From Octopus sinensis (Eukaryota), in assembly GCF_006345805.1 (NCBI RefSeq), contig NC_042998.1, positions 17,050,001-17,114,000 of the forward strand: 64,000 bases of DNA. Direction: 5' to 3'. Numbering within the stretch: position 1 is the stretch's first letter; the number at the start of each line of letters is the position of its first letter. Under the pieces are notes generated by a model. It worked only from the letters and a program-made list of their open reading frames with translations, was not told the DNA's origin and searched no databases. Both the position numbers and the translations under genes were made by a program. Positions 1-11,797 of this stretch are shown in pieces.

Positions 1-266
1 CACACAAACACACACACCCAACAAAACACACACACACACACACAAATACATTAATAAACACTAAGCAAATTTCGTTATATATAAGATCGAGTAGACAGAC
101 ACACACGCGCATGTGTGCATGCATGTATGTGTTTATATATGTGTTTGTGTGTGTACGATTTAGAACGCAAACACAAACACACAGAAACACACACACACAC
201 ACAAAACACACACACACAAAATACATTAATAAACACTAGCAAATTTCGTTGTATAAAGATCGAGTA
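1..266. repeat. Local direct duplication (~175 bp period) within (CA)n-rich sequence
   Basis: aatacattaataaacacta(a)gcaaatttcgtt...aagatcgagta occurs at ~45-93 and again at ~219-266. Confidence 0.7.
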
Positions 267-619
267 CTTCTTATCCGCAATGCTCAAAGGACAGATCAAG
301 ACTGTAATGATGCAAAGCAAGCCATCGAAGACTATTGCCATGTAGATCAATCGATCTGTTGAAACAGGCAGACAGAACGAATTAGTTCCGACAGTCAATC
401 ACAATAAATGATTATCAATCACAGAATCAGTGGACTGACTTATCTTTGCTTCTAGAATTATCAATGTTTGATAATTTATAGAAGAAAGGAAAATGGCATA
501 AACATTGTTCAATATACTTCGATTCATCCCAGCGTCTATATATTGATTTTTATCTGTTCGCATTTCTTCGTATTCATTTACTTGAATGTTTGTTTAGATA
601 TACAGATATAAGTATCTGC

Positions 620-806
620 GTATATATATATATATGTGTGTGTGTATAAACATACTCACACATACACCACACATATAATATATATCATATTATTATATAA
701 TCATATATATATATATATAATCATATATATATATATAATAATTCATATATATATATATATATAATCATATATATATATATATATATAATCATATATATAT
801 ATATAT

Positions 807-877
<71 letters not shown>

Positions 878-920
878 TAGATATAGGTATATATACATAC
901 ATATACACATATACACACAT
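620..920. repeat. Compound microsatellite (TA)n/(TG)n/(GATA)n
   Basis: Direct reading; long (GATA)n run at ~808-875. Confidence 0.95.
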
Positions 921-2284
921 GTAGCTTTGTGTGTGAAAGAATGTATTTATATACTTTATAGATAAATCAAAGAATATGTAACTCAAATATATATTTTCTC
1001 TTAACGGTTGTTTGGAATTTAGTATCTTTCGTTATCGTTTATGTGCGTTAGTTTAAGCACAACACACACGCGTACACCCGAGATACATGTACATAAGCAC
1101 AGACGCGCACACACACATATATAAGCAAGAGATGTAATGAATAAATCATTTTACATAATCTTTTGGTTATGTATATATATATGCGTATGTATATTAGTCG
1201 AAACTGTTTTAGCCTGCTTATATATGTGTGCGGACAATTAGCTATGTGCATTCATTATAGAAAATGATTAGTAGTATGTAAAACAGTAAAAGTGTTTAAT
1301 CTAAAGTATGTGCTTAAATGAATGTATAGAAACGGTAGAGAATATGATGAATATAATGTGCAATTCATAGAGAATAGCCTCCACTCTTTGTAGACGTTGA
1401 CTATGTGTTCGTCTCCAGCGCTTTCCTTGTGTTTTCTTTCAATATTCTTTTATAATATATTCGACAAAATTTACATTCAAAATCTTGTGTAATTTTTGCA
1501 ACCCGTACGTGTTAGAAATCACTAAGACCATATAAATGAGGATAAAATATTTCATTAAGTTAAGAATATTCAATAAACAATAAGTGATATATCGTTCGGA
1601 TTAACGTTATATTTTTCTTACTTTATAAAAATATTAAAAATATCTTAAATATCTGAACTATCTAAAACATATCTTTTTATATATATATATATATATACAT
1701 AAAGTTAAAATGGTGTTGAAACACTTTATATTAAGTAACAGTACATAGATATTTCAGAATCGTTGGATTTGTTTTTCTATCGATTAAGATGAACTTAAAC
1801 AAATATGATTATGTTGCAATAATTGAATTACACAATGGTGCCAATTTTCAGAACAAGCATGGTAGATTAGATTGTATTTCAACTTATATACCTCATAGGG
1901 TAATTGCACATAAAATATTCAATCTATATTTATTGTATATAGTCATAGTGACCTTTTGGATTATTGAACACAGCCATACCAGTTGGTTTGTATGTCAACA
2001 CACAATGCGCAGATACAGCAATATTTACTGAAGTAAACTTAAAGGTTATTTCAGAAAATATTTGTTTTCACATTTAATCTAACTCTGATTCTCTAATTGA
2101 AGCTACTGGGAATTAATTTTAATTGATTTTCAAGCAATGAAGAGAAACTCAATAGCTACACGGGTTTCTCAAATCTCTACCATCTTTATTAAACGGTCAT
2201 TCCGTAAATCGGAGAATAATAATGAAATCAACCGAAGTCATACATAGAAGAAATAGATAGAAAAAGAGATTTGATAGGAAAAGG

Positions 2285-2514
2285 TCTTTACTCTTTTACT
2301 TTTTTCAGTCATTTGACTGCGGCCATTATGGAGCACCGTCTTGAAGGATTTTAGTCGAAGACATCGACTCGAGGACTTGTTCTTTGTCAGCATAGTTCTT
2401 ATTCTAACGTTCTCGTTTGTCAAACCGCTGGTGTTACGAAGACGTAAACATACCAACATTGCTTTTCAAGCGAAGTTGCGGGCACTAAGGCATACACGCA
2501 TAAAGTTATATACA

Positions 2515-2566
<52 letters not shown>

Positions 2567-2613
2567 ATATCTATCTATTCTATCTATCTATCTATCTATC
2601 TATCTATATATCT

Positions 2614-2650
<37 letters not shown>

Positions 2651-2676
2651 ATATCTATCTGTCTGTCGTCTGTCTA

Positions 2677-2749
<73 letters not shown>

Positions 2750-3236
2750 TATATTATATAATATATAAATTAAATATAAATTATAAATTACAAAGTGGGA
2801 CAAGAACGCAAAAAACACACAAAGAGACGACACAAAAAAAACAGACGGGTTACTCGAAGCCTCTAATCTTCAGTCGGGAACCGGATCATCTTAGCAATTT
2901 CGGCTGTTTAATCTCGATATCGCTCCGATCCGGCCAGCCCCAAAGAAAAACTAAGCCACGGGCATTAGATTTCTTGGAAAGAGGATCGAATGTATACGAA
3001 ACAAGGACAGGATGCCACACGTGTGTGTGCGTGTGTGTGGGGGGTGTGTGGTGTGTGTGTGTGTGTGTGTGTGTATATATTATATATTTGTCGGGCTTCT
3101 TTCAGTTTTTGTCCACCAAATCTACTCACAAGGCTTTGGTCAGCCCGAGGCTATAGTAGAAAACAACAGCCCAATATCCGACGCTGTGAAACTGAACCCA
3201 GAAACCTGTGGATGAGAAGCAAGCTTCTTACCATAC
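2285..3236 (-). mobile_element. tRNA-derived SINE family A, split by expanded (TATC)n/(TA)n and a nested insert
   Basis: 3' half 2285-2470 (cagtcatttgactgcggcc) and 5' half 3090-3236 (gggcttctttcagtt...ctactcacaaggctttggt) match full copies at 24097-24506 and 43882-44290. Confidence 0.85.
2790..3012 (-). mobile_element. Short non-coding insert inside SINE A, probably PLE-derived
   Basis: Non-SINE sequence between microsatellites; minus strand has CTGAAGA and a ggctg...cagcc-GAAA hairpin but no complete hammerhead. Confidence 0.4.
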
Positions 3237-3572
3237 AATACATACTTGAAATATATTCAACTAAAAGTGCACAACTCTATATTTTGACATGAATAGACGT
3301 CATAGATAATGAGTTATATTTATCACAAAACGTAAAGCAATTCCAACATCCCTTAACAAGGTTTGTTCCTTCATCTTACTTTAATTTACACTAACTACAA
3401 TTGCAATAAGGAGGTAGAAAAATGAGGCAATCAGAAATAGGCAGATGTGATGAGACGAACAATTTTATCTTACCTAGTTATATATATAAACCTATCTGCA
3501 TTTACACATGTATGTATATGTATGTATATATGTATGTATGTGTAGATATAGGGGTGGTCAAACTTTGCATAA

Positions 3573-3908
3573 GGAGTAGACAACCACCATGGTTAGAGCG
3601 TCGAGCTTACAATCGTGAGGTTGTGAGCTCGAATCCCAGACCGGGCTGCGTGTTGTGTTCTCGAGCAAGGCACTTTATTTCACGTTGCTCCAGTTCACTC
3701 AGCTGTAGAAATGAGCTGCGACGTCACTGGTGCCAAGCTGTATCGACCTTTGTCTTTCCCTTGGATAACACTGGTGGCGTGGAGAGGGGAGGCTGGTATG
3801 CATGGGCGACTGCTGGCCTTCCATAAGCAACCTTGCCCGGACTTGTGTCTAGGAGGATAACTTTCTAGGTGCAATCCCATGGTCATTCATGACCGAAGGG
3901 GGTCTTTA
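3573..3908 (+). mobile_element. tRNA-derived SINE family C (CORE/V-like central domain)
   Basis: tRNA-like head tggttagagcg...gagctcgaatcc; central gagcaaggcactttatttcacgttgctccag; homologous inverted copy at 23069-23409. Confidence 0.85.
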
Positions 3909-3913
3909 TATAT

Positions 3914-3961
3914 AATTTTACCCTTTGTTATTATATATATATCATAACAAAGGGTAAAATT
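3914..3961. repeat. Perfect inverted repeat around a TA spacer (element-end fold-back)
   Basis: aattttaccctttgttat / ataacaaagggtaaaatt; 3940-3990 reverse-complemented resembles 11544-11600. Confidence 0.8.
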
Positions 3962-5214
3962 AGTTAATTGAGAAGTAATTTCACCAAGTAGAATTCGGCA
4001 TGAAAAAGGACCATTTCACGGAAAACTTAAGTAATATTTAATAATTAGGCTTCAGCAAAGATTTGCTTTACCACATACCGACGTTTAGAAATAGCAGCCC
4101 AAAAACCTTAGCAATTTATTCCACTTTAAAAAGGGACTGCCAGAAAAACCAAAATAATTGAAAACAAGGATATGGGTGTAGGAGAAGAAATATGTAGGGG
4201 AAAGAAGTCATATCCTCCCTATGTAGTCTCTTTAATTCCCTATATCTATACCCTTTCACATTTCTAACTCAGATGTTGAACGCACACCGCCAAACTCCAC
4301 TTCCCACCCTTCCAATTTTCAGTTCCCCCCGCCCGCCCCTACGTTTAACACACACCTCTAACTTTTCAACCACCTTCATCTCATGTTAAACTTTACAAAA
4401 TTATATTTTTATCTTATTTTATTTATTTTTATTTTTACTTTTATTTTTACTTTTATCCTACTTCCATTTATTTTTATTTTTAATTTTATTTTTACTTTTA
4501 TTCTACTTCCATTTATTCTCATTTTCATTTTCATCCCTTACCTTAACTCTTATAATTTTTATAATTCTTATACTTCATTTCTAACTATTACATTGTATTT
4601 CTTATTTTATACTGTATTTTTTATTTCTAATCTTTACCCTTACCCTCATTCTTACCCCTAACTTATCGCTTTACACCTCTATATATGTTTATTTACTTAC
4701 CTATGGATCCACTTTTTGAATATACGAGCGTCCGCGTACGTGTGTATACGCATACATGCATATGCGCGCGCATATATGTACATGCATACTTCGATATCGT
4801 ATAGCTATACCCATGTGCGCGTGTGTCTCTGTGTGTGTATATGAGTGTATATGTGCACGCACATACGGACACACAGCCGTGTGTGCGTGCACGTATTGAC
4901 ATGAGTACGGGATTCTTTACATACGTTCTTATACACATCCTTTAATATCTTATACCTAGACCTAGAGACGTGGACATATACGTGTGTGTATGTAGTGATG
5001 GGCGCGCGTATATACATGTGAGCGTGTACGCGCGTAATGTCCGTGTATATATGCGGATATTCTGTTGTATGTATGTGTGTGTGCGCGCGTGCGTGTGGGT
5101 GCGTGTGTGTTTATGTACGTGTTTACACGCGAGTGCGTGTGTTTTGCTTATAGGTTGGAGGCGTATATGTACGCGTGTATGTGGGTGTATGTACCCATGA
5201 TGATATGTATGTAC

Positions 5215-5996
5215 TAGACGTCCATTTATTCAAGGAACCAAATTAAATGCTCATCAGCTCTGATTTAACGCATTAAGTCCCCAGACGAAACTGTTGATTA
5301 CTGACAATTCTACAACTAAATTTATCAATCTCCTGACCACCATGCTTGGTCCGTAACCTCTATACATCCCTTATCTTACATTCTTTTACACTTTATTCAT
5401 GTTTTTATCAGGTTTTTTACTTTTATTTCTATTTCTATTTTTACTTTATAACCTTATGCCTTTACATTTATTTATATTTCTTTATATTTTTTATACCCCT
5501 TTACATCTCCTTACAACTCTTTATATCTTTATCCTCTACATTTTATATTATTCTATACTTATACTTTTTATATATTATTATCCCTCGTCCCGAACTCTCG
5601 CCCCTCCATCTTCACCTCTATATATGTATTTATTTATTTACATTACCTCAACATCCAATTTTCCTCATTCTACATTGAGAGAAGAAAGAGATGGACGCTT
5701 CAATTCTATGCTGCTGCCGCATTATGTCGTACGGGAATGAGAGGATTTGCATCCCCAACCAAGAATTTTGTGTATGTAACACATGTCCTTCTGGAAGCTG
5801 TTGTGCGCGGCTGAAGAAGGCCACAGACAACATTATGCATTGTTATAAATCTGTCTAATAAAGGCCCGAAACATATGTACCGCTGAATCCTTCGCATCAT
5901 GTTTTTATTTTATTTTGATCATTTACTCCACCACTACACACCAAACGGTATACACAGGTGCTTATAATTATCAAGTACTCACCCCGAATTTCTATA

Positions 5997-5997
<1 letters not shown>
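5215..5997 (+). mobile_element. Penelope-like element 3' remnant (degenerate ORF end, T-rich UTR, hammerhead)
   Basis: 5220-5310 reads LFKEPN*MLISSDLTH*VPRRNC*LL, resembling PLE C-termini (LN.RSEL..C.HRRK.LL); HHR at 5807-5883; ends at (TA)n. Confidence 0.55.
5807..5883 (+). ncRNA. Type I minimal hammerhead ribozyme
   Basis: gcgg-CTGAAGA-a-ggcc[acaga..tctgt]ggcc-c-GAAA-C-atat-G-TA-ccgc; stem I gcgg/ccgc, palindromic stem III acatatgt, predicted cut after A5879. Confidence 0.8.
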
Positions 5998-6030
<33 letters not shown>

Positions 6031-6202
6031 GATATATAATATATATATATATATATTTATATATAGAGGGCATAATTATACATACATGCCAGGAGGCATT
6101 ATATATACATGCCGAACGCTAAGAGGGACATCAGTCATTTCTACCAAAAATATTACTAATCCCACCGAATGCAATTTTTCAAAGTAAGACATTTAAAAAT
6201 AT

Positions 6203-6249
6203 AGGCCTGATCACAGTGATTTCATACTTACGTAATCATCAGCAGGCCT
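6203..6249 (-). ncRNA. Hammerhead copy in inverted arm, lacking the cleavage-site nucleotide
   Basis: Minus: aggcctg-CTGATGA-ttacgtaagtat-GAAA-tcactgtga-T-caggcct (N17 absent). Confidence 0.7.
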
Positions 6250-6622
6250 GAATGTATTATAAATAAACAACGACCTGCCTCGCTTAAGCCGAACAGCTAA
6301 CTGATCAACATCAACGAAGCACATGGGTGAGTTTATATATATTACATCCGGGTGAATGGCAAACTTTTACAAAATTGCATTCGGGAGAGGAAAGTTTTTC
6401 GGAATAAAAATTTGCAATTGTTAAGTTTTCCTTATTAAGTAGTTGTCCTTAATTGCAAAATTTTATTCCGAAAAAACTTTTCCTCTCCCGAAATGCAATT
6501 TTGTAAAAGTTTGCCATTCACCCGGATGTAATATATATAAAACTCACCATGTGCTTCGTTGATGTTGATCAGTTAGCTGTTCGGCTTAAGCGAGGCAGGG
6601 TCGTGTTTATTATAATACATTC

Positions 6623-6670
6623 AGGCCTGCTGATGATTACGTAAGTATGAAATCACTGTGATACAGGCCT
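6623..6670 (+). ncRNA. Type I hammerhead ribozyme
   Basis: aggcctg-CTGATGA-t-tac-gtaa-gta-t-GAAA-tcac-t-gtga-TA-caggcct; 7-bp stem I, GNRA-capped stem II, predicted cut after A6663. Confidence 0.85.
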
Positions 6671-7096
6671 ATATTTTAAATGTCTTACTTTGAAAATTGC
6701 ATTCGGTGGGATTTAGTAAATTTTTGGTAGAAATGACTGATTGTCCCTCTTAGCGTTCGGCATGTATATATAATGCCTCCTGGCATGTATGTATAATTAT
6801 GCCCTCTATATATAAATTAATATGTTCAATAAGAATAATTATTTTCGAAATTTTTCTCTTATGAGGTTTTTACGTTATCTACCTGACAATTTCTTGTTAA
6901 GTTTCCTTATTAAGTAGTTGTCCTTAATTGCAAAATTTTATTCCGAAAAAACTTCTCCTCTCCCGAAATGCAATTTTGTAAAAGTTTGCCATTCACCCGG
7001 ATGTAAATATATAAACTCACCATGTGCTTCGTTGATGTGATCAGTTAGCTGTTCGGCTTAAGCGAGGCAGGGTCGTTGTTTATTTATAATACATTC

Positions 7097-7144
7097 AGGC
7101 CTGCTGATGATTACGTAAGTATGAAATCACTGTGATACAGGCCT
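7097..7144 (+). ncRNA. Type I hammerhead ribozyme (second tandem copy)
   Basis: Identical to 6623-6670; predicted cut after A7137. Confidence 0.85.
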
Positions 7145-7458
7145 ATATTTTAAATGTCTTACTTTGAAAAATTGCATTCGGTGGGATAGTAATATTTTGG
7201 TAGAAATGACTGATTGTCCCTCTTAGCGTTCGGCATGTATATATATGCCTCCTGGCATGTATGTATAATTATGCCCTCTATATATAAATTAATATGTTCA
7301 ATAAGAAATAATTATTTTCGAAAATTTTTTCTATTATGAGGTTTTTACGCCTATCTACCTGACAATTCTTGTTAAGTTTTCCTTATTAAGTAGTTGTCCT
7401 AATTGCAAAATATATATATATATATATAAATACACATACGCACACACATACAATATTG

Positions 7459-7495
<37 letters not shown>

Positions 7496-7694
7496 TCATA
7501 CACACATACACACGCATATGTGTGTGCGTGTGTTTATGTATTCGTTTTGCAAGATTCTTGATGGGAACTCGTGTGTTGAAATATATATTGTTGTATTTGG
7601 GGATAGTCATGTTGCATATTTAGCCAATGAAAACACACGCACTATATATTTGGTGTTCACTTCCTTCAGCTTTATTTCACATTAATTCTGCTTT

Positions 7695-7739
7695 GGCCAG
7701 TGTTCTTTCGTCACACTTCTGTGACTTCATGAGTGGTCC
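7695..7739 (-). ncRNA. Degenerate hammerhead
   Basis: Minus: ggacca-CTCATGA-a-gtcaca-gaag-tgtgac-GAAA-gaac-AC-tggcc (G5 and U16.1 mutated). Confidence 0.6.
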
Positions 7740-7882
7740 TTTGCTTTCTTTTCTATTTTTCTGTCTCTCTTTCCTAACAATCTACCACGATTGATACAGC
7801 AGACCGTTAAGGGGGAGTGACAGAGAGGAACTAAGAGAGACAGAGAGAGACAGAGAGATTGAAAAAGAAAGAAGAAAGCAAA

Positions 7883-7927
7883 GGACCACTGATGAGATCA
7901 CTGAAGTGTGACGAAACAATTCAACTG
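7883..7927 (+). ncRNA. Hammerhead with intact core, diverged stems
   Basis: ggacca-CTGATGA-gatcactgaagtgtgac-GAAA-caat-TC. Confidence 0.55.
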
Positions 7928-8051
7928 AAATACAATTAATAGGAAATTAAACTGGTGCAAGTGAACACCTAATATGTAGTTTTTATTTTCTTTCATTGTC
8001 GAAATTGGCAACATGACCATCCCCAAATGCAATAATATATATATATATATA

Positions 8052-8430
8052 TCAAAATAAGCAACAAGAATGACTCCGGTAATTTGGTACGATCGTTTCG
8101 TACTATATGATTTTATTAAATGTTGTAAGTATTACAACAGTTTTAAAATACTGAGTACTTATCAGCCAATTATAGAGGTTTTCAATTAATACAAAAATGT
8201 TCATATCAAGTGGCAATATTATAGGGAATATAGATACATAGACAAAGATGTGGATTTAAATTTTAAGAACACTTGAGGTAGTGGAGCTCATCAACTGACT
8301 GACTAAGATTCAGTTGTTCCAAACTACTTTAAGGTTCTGAGAATGAAGAACAAGTGAGAGGAGGCAATAAAGATTTTTTAATTATGGAAATGAGGTAAAG
8401 GGGATGTCATAGCTCCATATAAGGAATTTG
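8052..8430 (-). mobile_element. PLE-derived element carrying a hammerhead
   Basis: Non-repetitive block between (TA)n tracts with HHR at 8084-8169. Confidence 0.55.
8084..8169 (-). ncRNA. Type I minimal hammerhead (G8>A variant)
   Basis: Minus: ttgg-CTGATAA-gtact[long loop]agtac-GAAA-C-gatc-G-TA-ccaa; palindromic stem III acgatcgt. Confidence 0.75.
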
Positions 8431-8551
8431 TATATATATATATATAATATATATGTTGTGTGTGTGTGTGTGTGTGTGTTATATGTATATATATAGTGGT
8501 CATTAAACAGCTGTCGCATCGTACTCCCTCCTCCTTTTGACTCTATTTATT

Positions 8552-8628
8552 CTTTCGAGCGTCAAACTAATACACCTCCTTGTTGTTTATACACCTGTCT
8601 TCGTCTTTTGTTTTTTCTGTAAATTTCA
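8552..8628 (+). mobile_element. 3' fragment of HHR repeat family G, opposite orientation to the 12104 copy
   Basis: gagcgtcaaactaatacac...acacctgtcttcgtcttttgttttttctgtaaa resembles the reverse complement of 12104-12183. Confidence 0.55.
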
Positions 8629-9521
8629 ACAATGTGAGTGTGTGTTGTATGTGTATTCATAACCAGGCTTATTTTAAGAGGAATTTCATCACTCACACTA
8701 TGAGGACATGTATTCATGCAAATTGAGCTAACATTCAGGACCAACATAATATACCCTTCTACATGATATAATATAGTCCCCCATAATTTCTCTTTCATAA
8801 TGCTAAACAAGTTTATGAAAATATCAATGAACATACTTACGAATACGTGAATCAGACAATGTCAACTAAGATGCTAGAGAGTTCACTGTTTTGAATTAGC
8901 CTCCAGAAAGACAATTGTCATATTTATGTGGTGTCGCCTTTATATTAGAATCATTTATTTCATAGAATTTCATTAATAGTAGAGTATGCGCTGATGACTA
9001 AGCCTTCGGCAATGATAACAAGTGGAGACTCACACATACACATTCGCACACACACACACACATATACACATTGTCACAATCACACTCACACACAAACACA
9101 CATACAGCTTTTAGACGTACATATATAAACGCGACTAAGGGTGTTAAGACACCAACATTGCTAGAAAAAAGAGCTAAAATGCTCCTGTGCTGTTATATAG
9201 CACGTGACATATATTATGATAAGTGTTGCAATCGCCCCGAACTGTGAACACCTTAATGTTATAACATTGCACCTTGCTGTTTTTGTTAATTTATACATAT
9301 ACACATATACACACACACACACCAAACGCACACACATACACACACACACAAATGTATATATACATGCATACATACATATACACATACAAAGTAGACGTAC
9401 GCAGTGTTGCACAGGTAACCCTTTTGTAGAAAAATGCGCTGTATTTAAATATTTTATCCTCTAAAGACATTATATATTTATACATACATACATACATACA
9501 CACAGGCAGACCACACACACA

Positions 9522-9558
<37 letters not shown>

Positions 9559-9595
9559 CATACACACACACATTTATACATACATATAAATATAT

Positions 9596-10580
9596 GATAA
9601 AGCCAATGAAATAAGAGAATTAGACCAAAGCCAGACATACAAATATTTAGGAATCAATGAACTAGATACGATACAACACACACAAATGAAAGAGAAAATA
9701 AAGAAAGCATACTATATATGAGTTTGATCAATACTGAAAACAGAGCTCAATGCGAAAAAGAAGATAACAGGTATTAACACTTTAGCCGTCCCAGTTATGA
9801 GTTACAGCTACAATATCCTTAACTGGACACTAAATGAACTGACCAAAATAGATAGGAAAACAAGAAAAATAATGACAGGATCTAGGACGCATCACCCAAC
9901 ATCTGACATAGAAAGGCTATATACACAAAGTATAGAAGGTTGTAGAGACCTTATAGAGCTGGAAAACAATTATAAAATAAGACTGCAAAAAAACCTACTT
10001 CAGAAGCGAGGAAAACTAAAGCAAATGACCATAAAACACGAGCAAAACAAAAATAAATGTTTTCAGTATTTAAGGAAGCTGCCAAATACAAACAAAAAAT
10101 CATACTATCTAACAAATATGAAGAAGAAGAAGAAACAACAAAAGCTATACAACAAATGAAATCCAAACTAAAACTAGAAGAGCAACGGACCATGATAAAA
10201 CGATGGCAAGAAAAGCCCCTTGATGGCAAATATTGGACTAAACTAAATGCAAAAGAAATAGACAGAGAAAAATTCCAGCAATGTTTGAGAAGCTCAGGAC
10301 TCAAAGCAGAGACTGAAGGATTTTTAATTGCAGCACAAGACCAAAGCCTCCCAACCAGAAATTACCAAAAACGTATAATGAAAGAAACACAACAAGCAAT
10401 TGCAGAATATATGGAGATGGACAAGAAACAATAAATCATATTATCTCTGGATGCCCAGTCCTGGTTAAGAAGGAATATATTCACAGACACGACAGAGTTG
10501 AGACCTACATACACTGGAAGCTATGCCAACGCAATGGAATAACAACAGAAAAAAGATGGTATAAGCACACGCCAGAAAAG
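9596..10580 (+). mobile_element. R4/Dong-like non-LTR retrotransposon fragment (RT thumb to CCHC/RHD region), frameshifted
   Basis: YKYLGI, INTLAVPVMSYS, IDRKTRK..HHP.SDIERLY, LKAETEGFLIAAQDQSLPTRNY, ETINHIISGCPVL..EYIHRHD. Confidence 0.85.
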
Positions 10581-10584
10581 TGTC

Positions 10585-11543
10585 GATCACAATATACTGT
10601 TAAGGAAACCATCCAACGCTGGAGTGGTATGAAAAATACATTAATAGATTAGGTATTTCATAACAAGCAGGACCCAACATGTGGTTGATGGCATCCACTC
10701 AAGACCTGCAAAAGTCATCAGCGGAATCCTGCAGGGTACTGTTTTGGGTCCACTTCTTTTTATTGTCTATAAACATGACATTGCACATTCCATTGAAGAT
10801 AGCTCCATTAAAATATTTGCAGATGACGCCAAACTTCAGAAAGTCATTAAGGGAGCATGTGATCGGACGATGCTTCTATCGGATTTATGCGCAGTAATCA
10901 AGTGGGCACAAAAGAACAGTATGCAATTGAACGAAGAAGAAACGGAGCTCATCCACTTTGGAAAAGAGGGCACACTCAAACAACCATGTACACTACCGTC
11001 GGGAGACCTACTTGAACCGTGGGATAATATCAGCGAGTTAGGTGTAACTGTCGACAGCAAACTTAACTGGAGTACGCACATCAATAAAAAAGTCGATGTT
11101 GCCCGCAGAATGTGTTCATGGATCCTCAGAAAGTTTCGATGTAGGGATCATGAAATTACCAACCTTCTCTTCTCCACATTCGGTAGCCCCCACCATGAAT
11201 ACTGCTGTCCATTGTATTCCCCCTACAAAAAACAAGAAATAATGAGGATCGAAGATCCACAAAGATCAATCGGTAAAAAAATGGCATGACGGGACTTGAT
11301 TATTGGGATCGACACAAACAGCTAAAACTCTATTCACTGCAACACTGCCGTGAGCGATACATTATTTGCACCATCTGGAAAATATTCCGCCAATATCATA
11401 CAAATGATATCACTATTATGTTTACAATTCACCTAAGAATAGCCACCCCCGTGCTATGCGGCCCCAACAAAGATTGAGATCACTTCACATAAGAACATTG
11501 CGACATAATTTCTTCGTTGCAAGTGGTCCTGCTCTTTTCAAAT
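10585..11543 (+). mobile_element. CR1-group LINE ORF2 fragment (reverse transcriptase)
   Basis: SGILQGTVLGPLLF..Y..D, IFADDAKL, LGVTVDSKLNWSTHI, LDYWDR..LKLYSLQ..RERY. Confidence 0.9.
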
Positions 11544-11797
11544 CTACTTGGTGTAATTGATAATTATCCCTAATTAATTAATTTCACCTTTTATTATTAC
11601 TGATAACCATATTTTATCCCAGTAAATGACCACAGCATTTTGTCTTGGCTACACGCGGGTGGAAGGGGGCTGGTGACACAAACTTTCATTCAAACTTTGA
11701 ATTTCGTGGTACTGGTCATGCTTTAGCTCGCTCTGAGTTGAGATGATGCATTCTAGTATCTCAAAATTTAATATACAATTATTCATAATTGTAGTAT

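Larger units (their letters stand above)
6056..7410. mobile_element. HHR-bearing ~475-bp repeat: one inverted partial copy, two tandem copies and the start of a third
   Basis: 6056-6418 is the reverse complement of ~6452-6815; the unit start ttgttaagttt(t)ccttattaagtagttgtcc recurs at ~6418, ~6894 and ~7369; (TA)n on both flanks. Confidence 0.9.
7540..8035. mobile_element. Diverged fold-back PLE-derived element with a hammerhead in each arm
   Basis: 7585-7760 is an imperfect reverse complement of 7860-8035; same family as 62575-62962. Confidence 0.75.

Noticed and set aside
2341-3156. 271-aa ORF and many [16 protein letters not shown] ORFs across the window
   Set aside because: Translations of microsatellites and SINEs; no protein-family motifs
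4070-4150. Minus-strand aaacgtcggta, like a GAAAC-GTC ribozyme end
   Set aside because: No recognisable CUGANGA strand or stem I partner
5250-5300. ctgat...cgaaac hammerhead-like spacing
   Set aside because: Core incomplete and no stem II pairing; better explained as a degenerate coding tail
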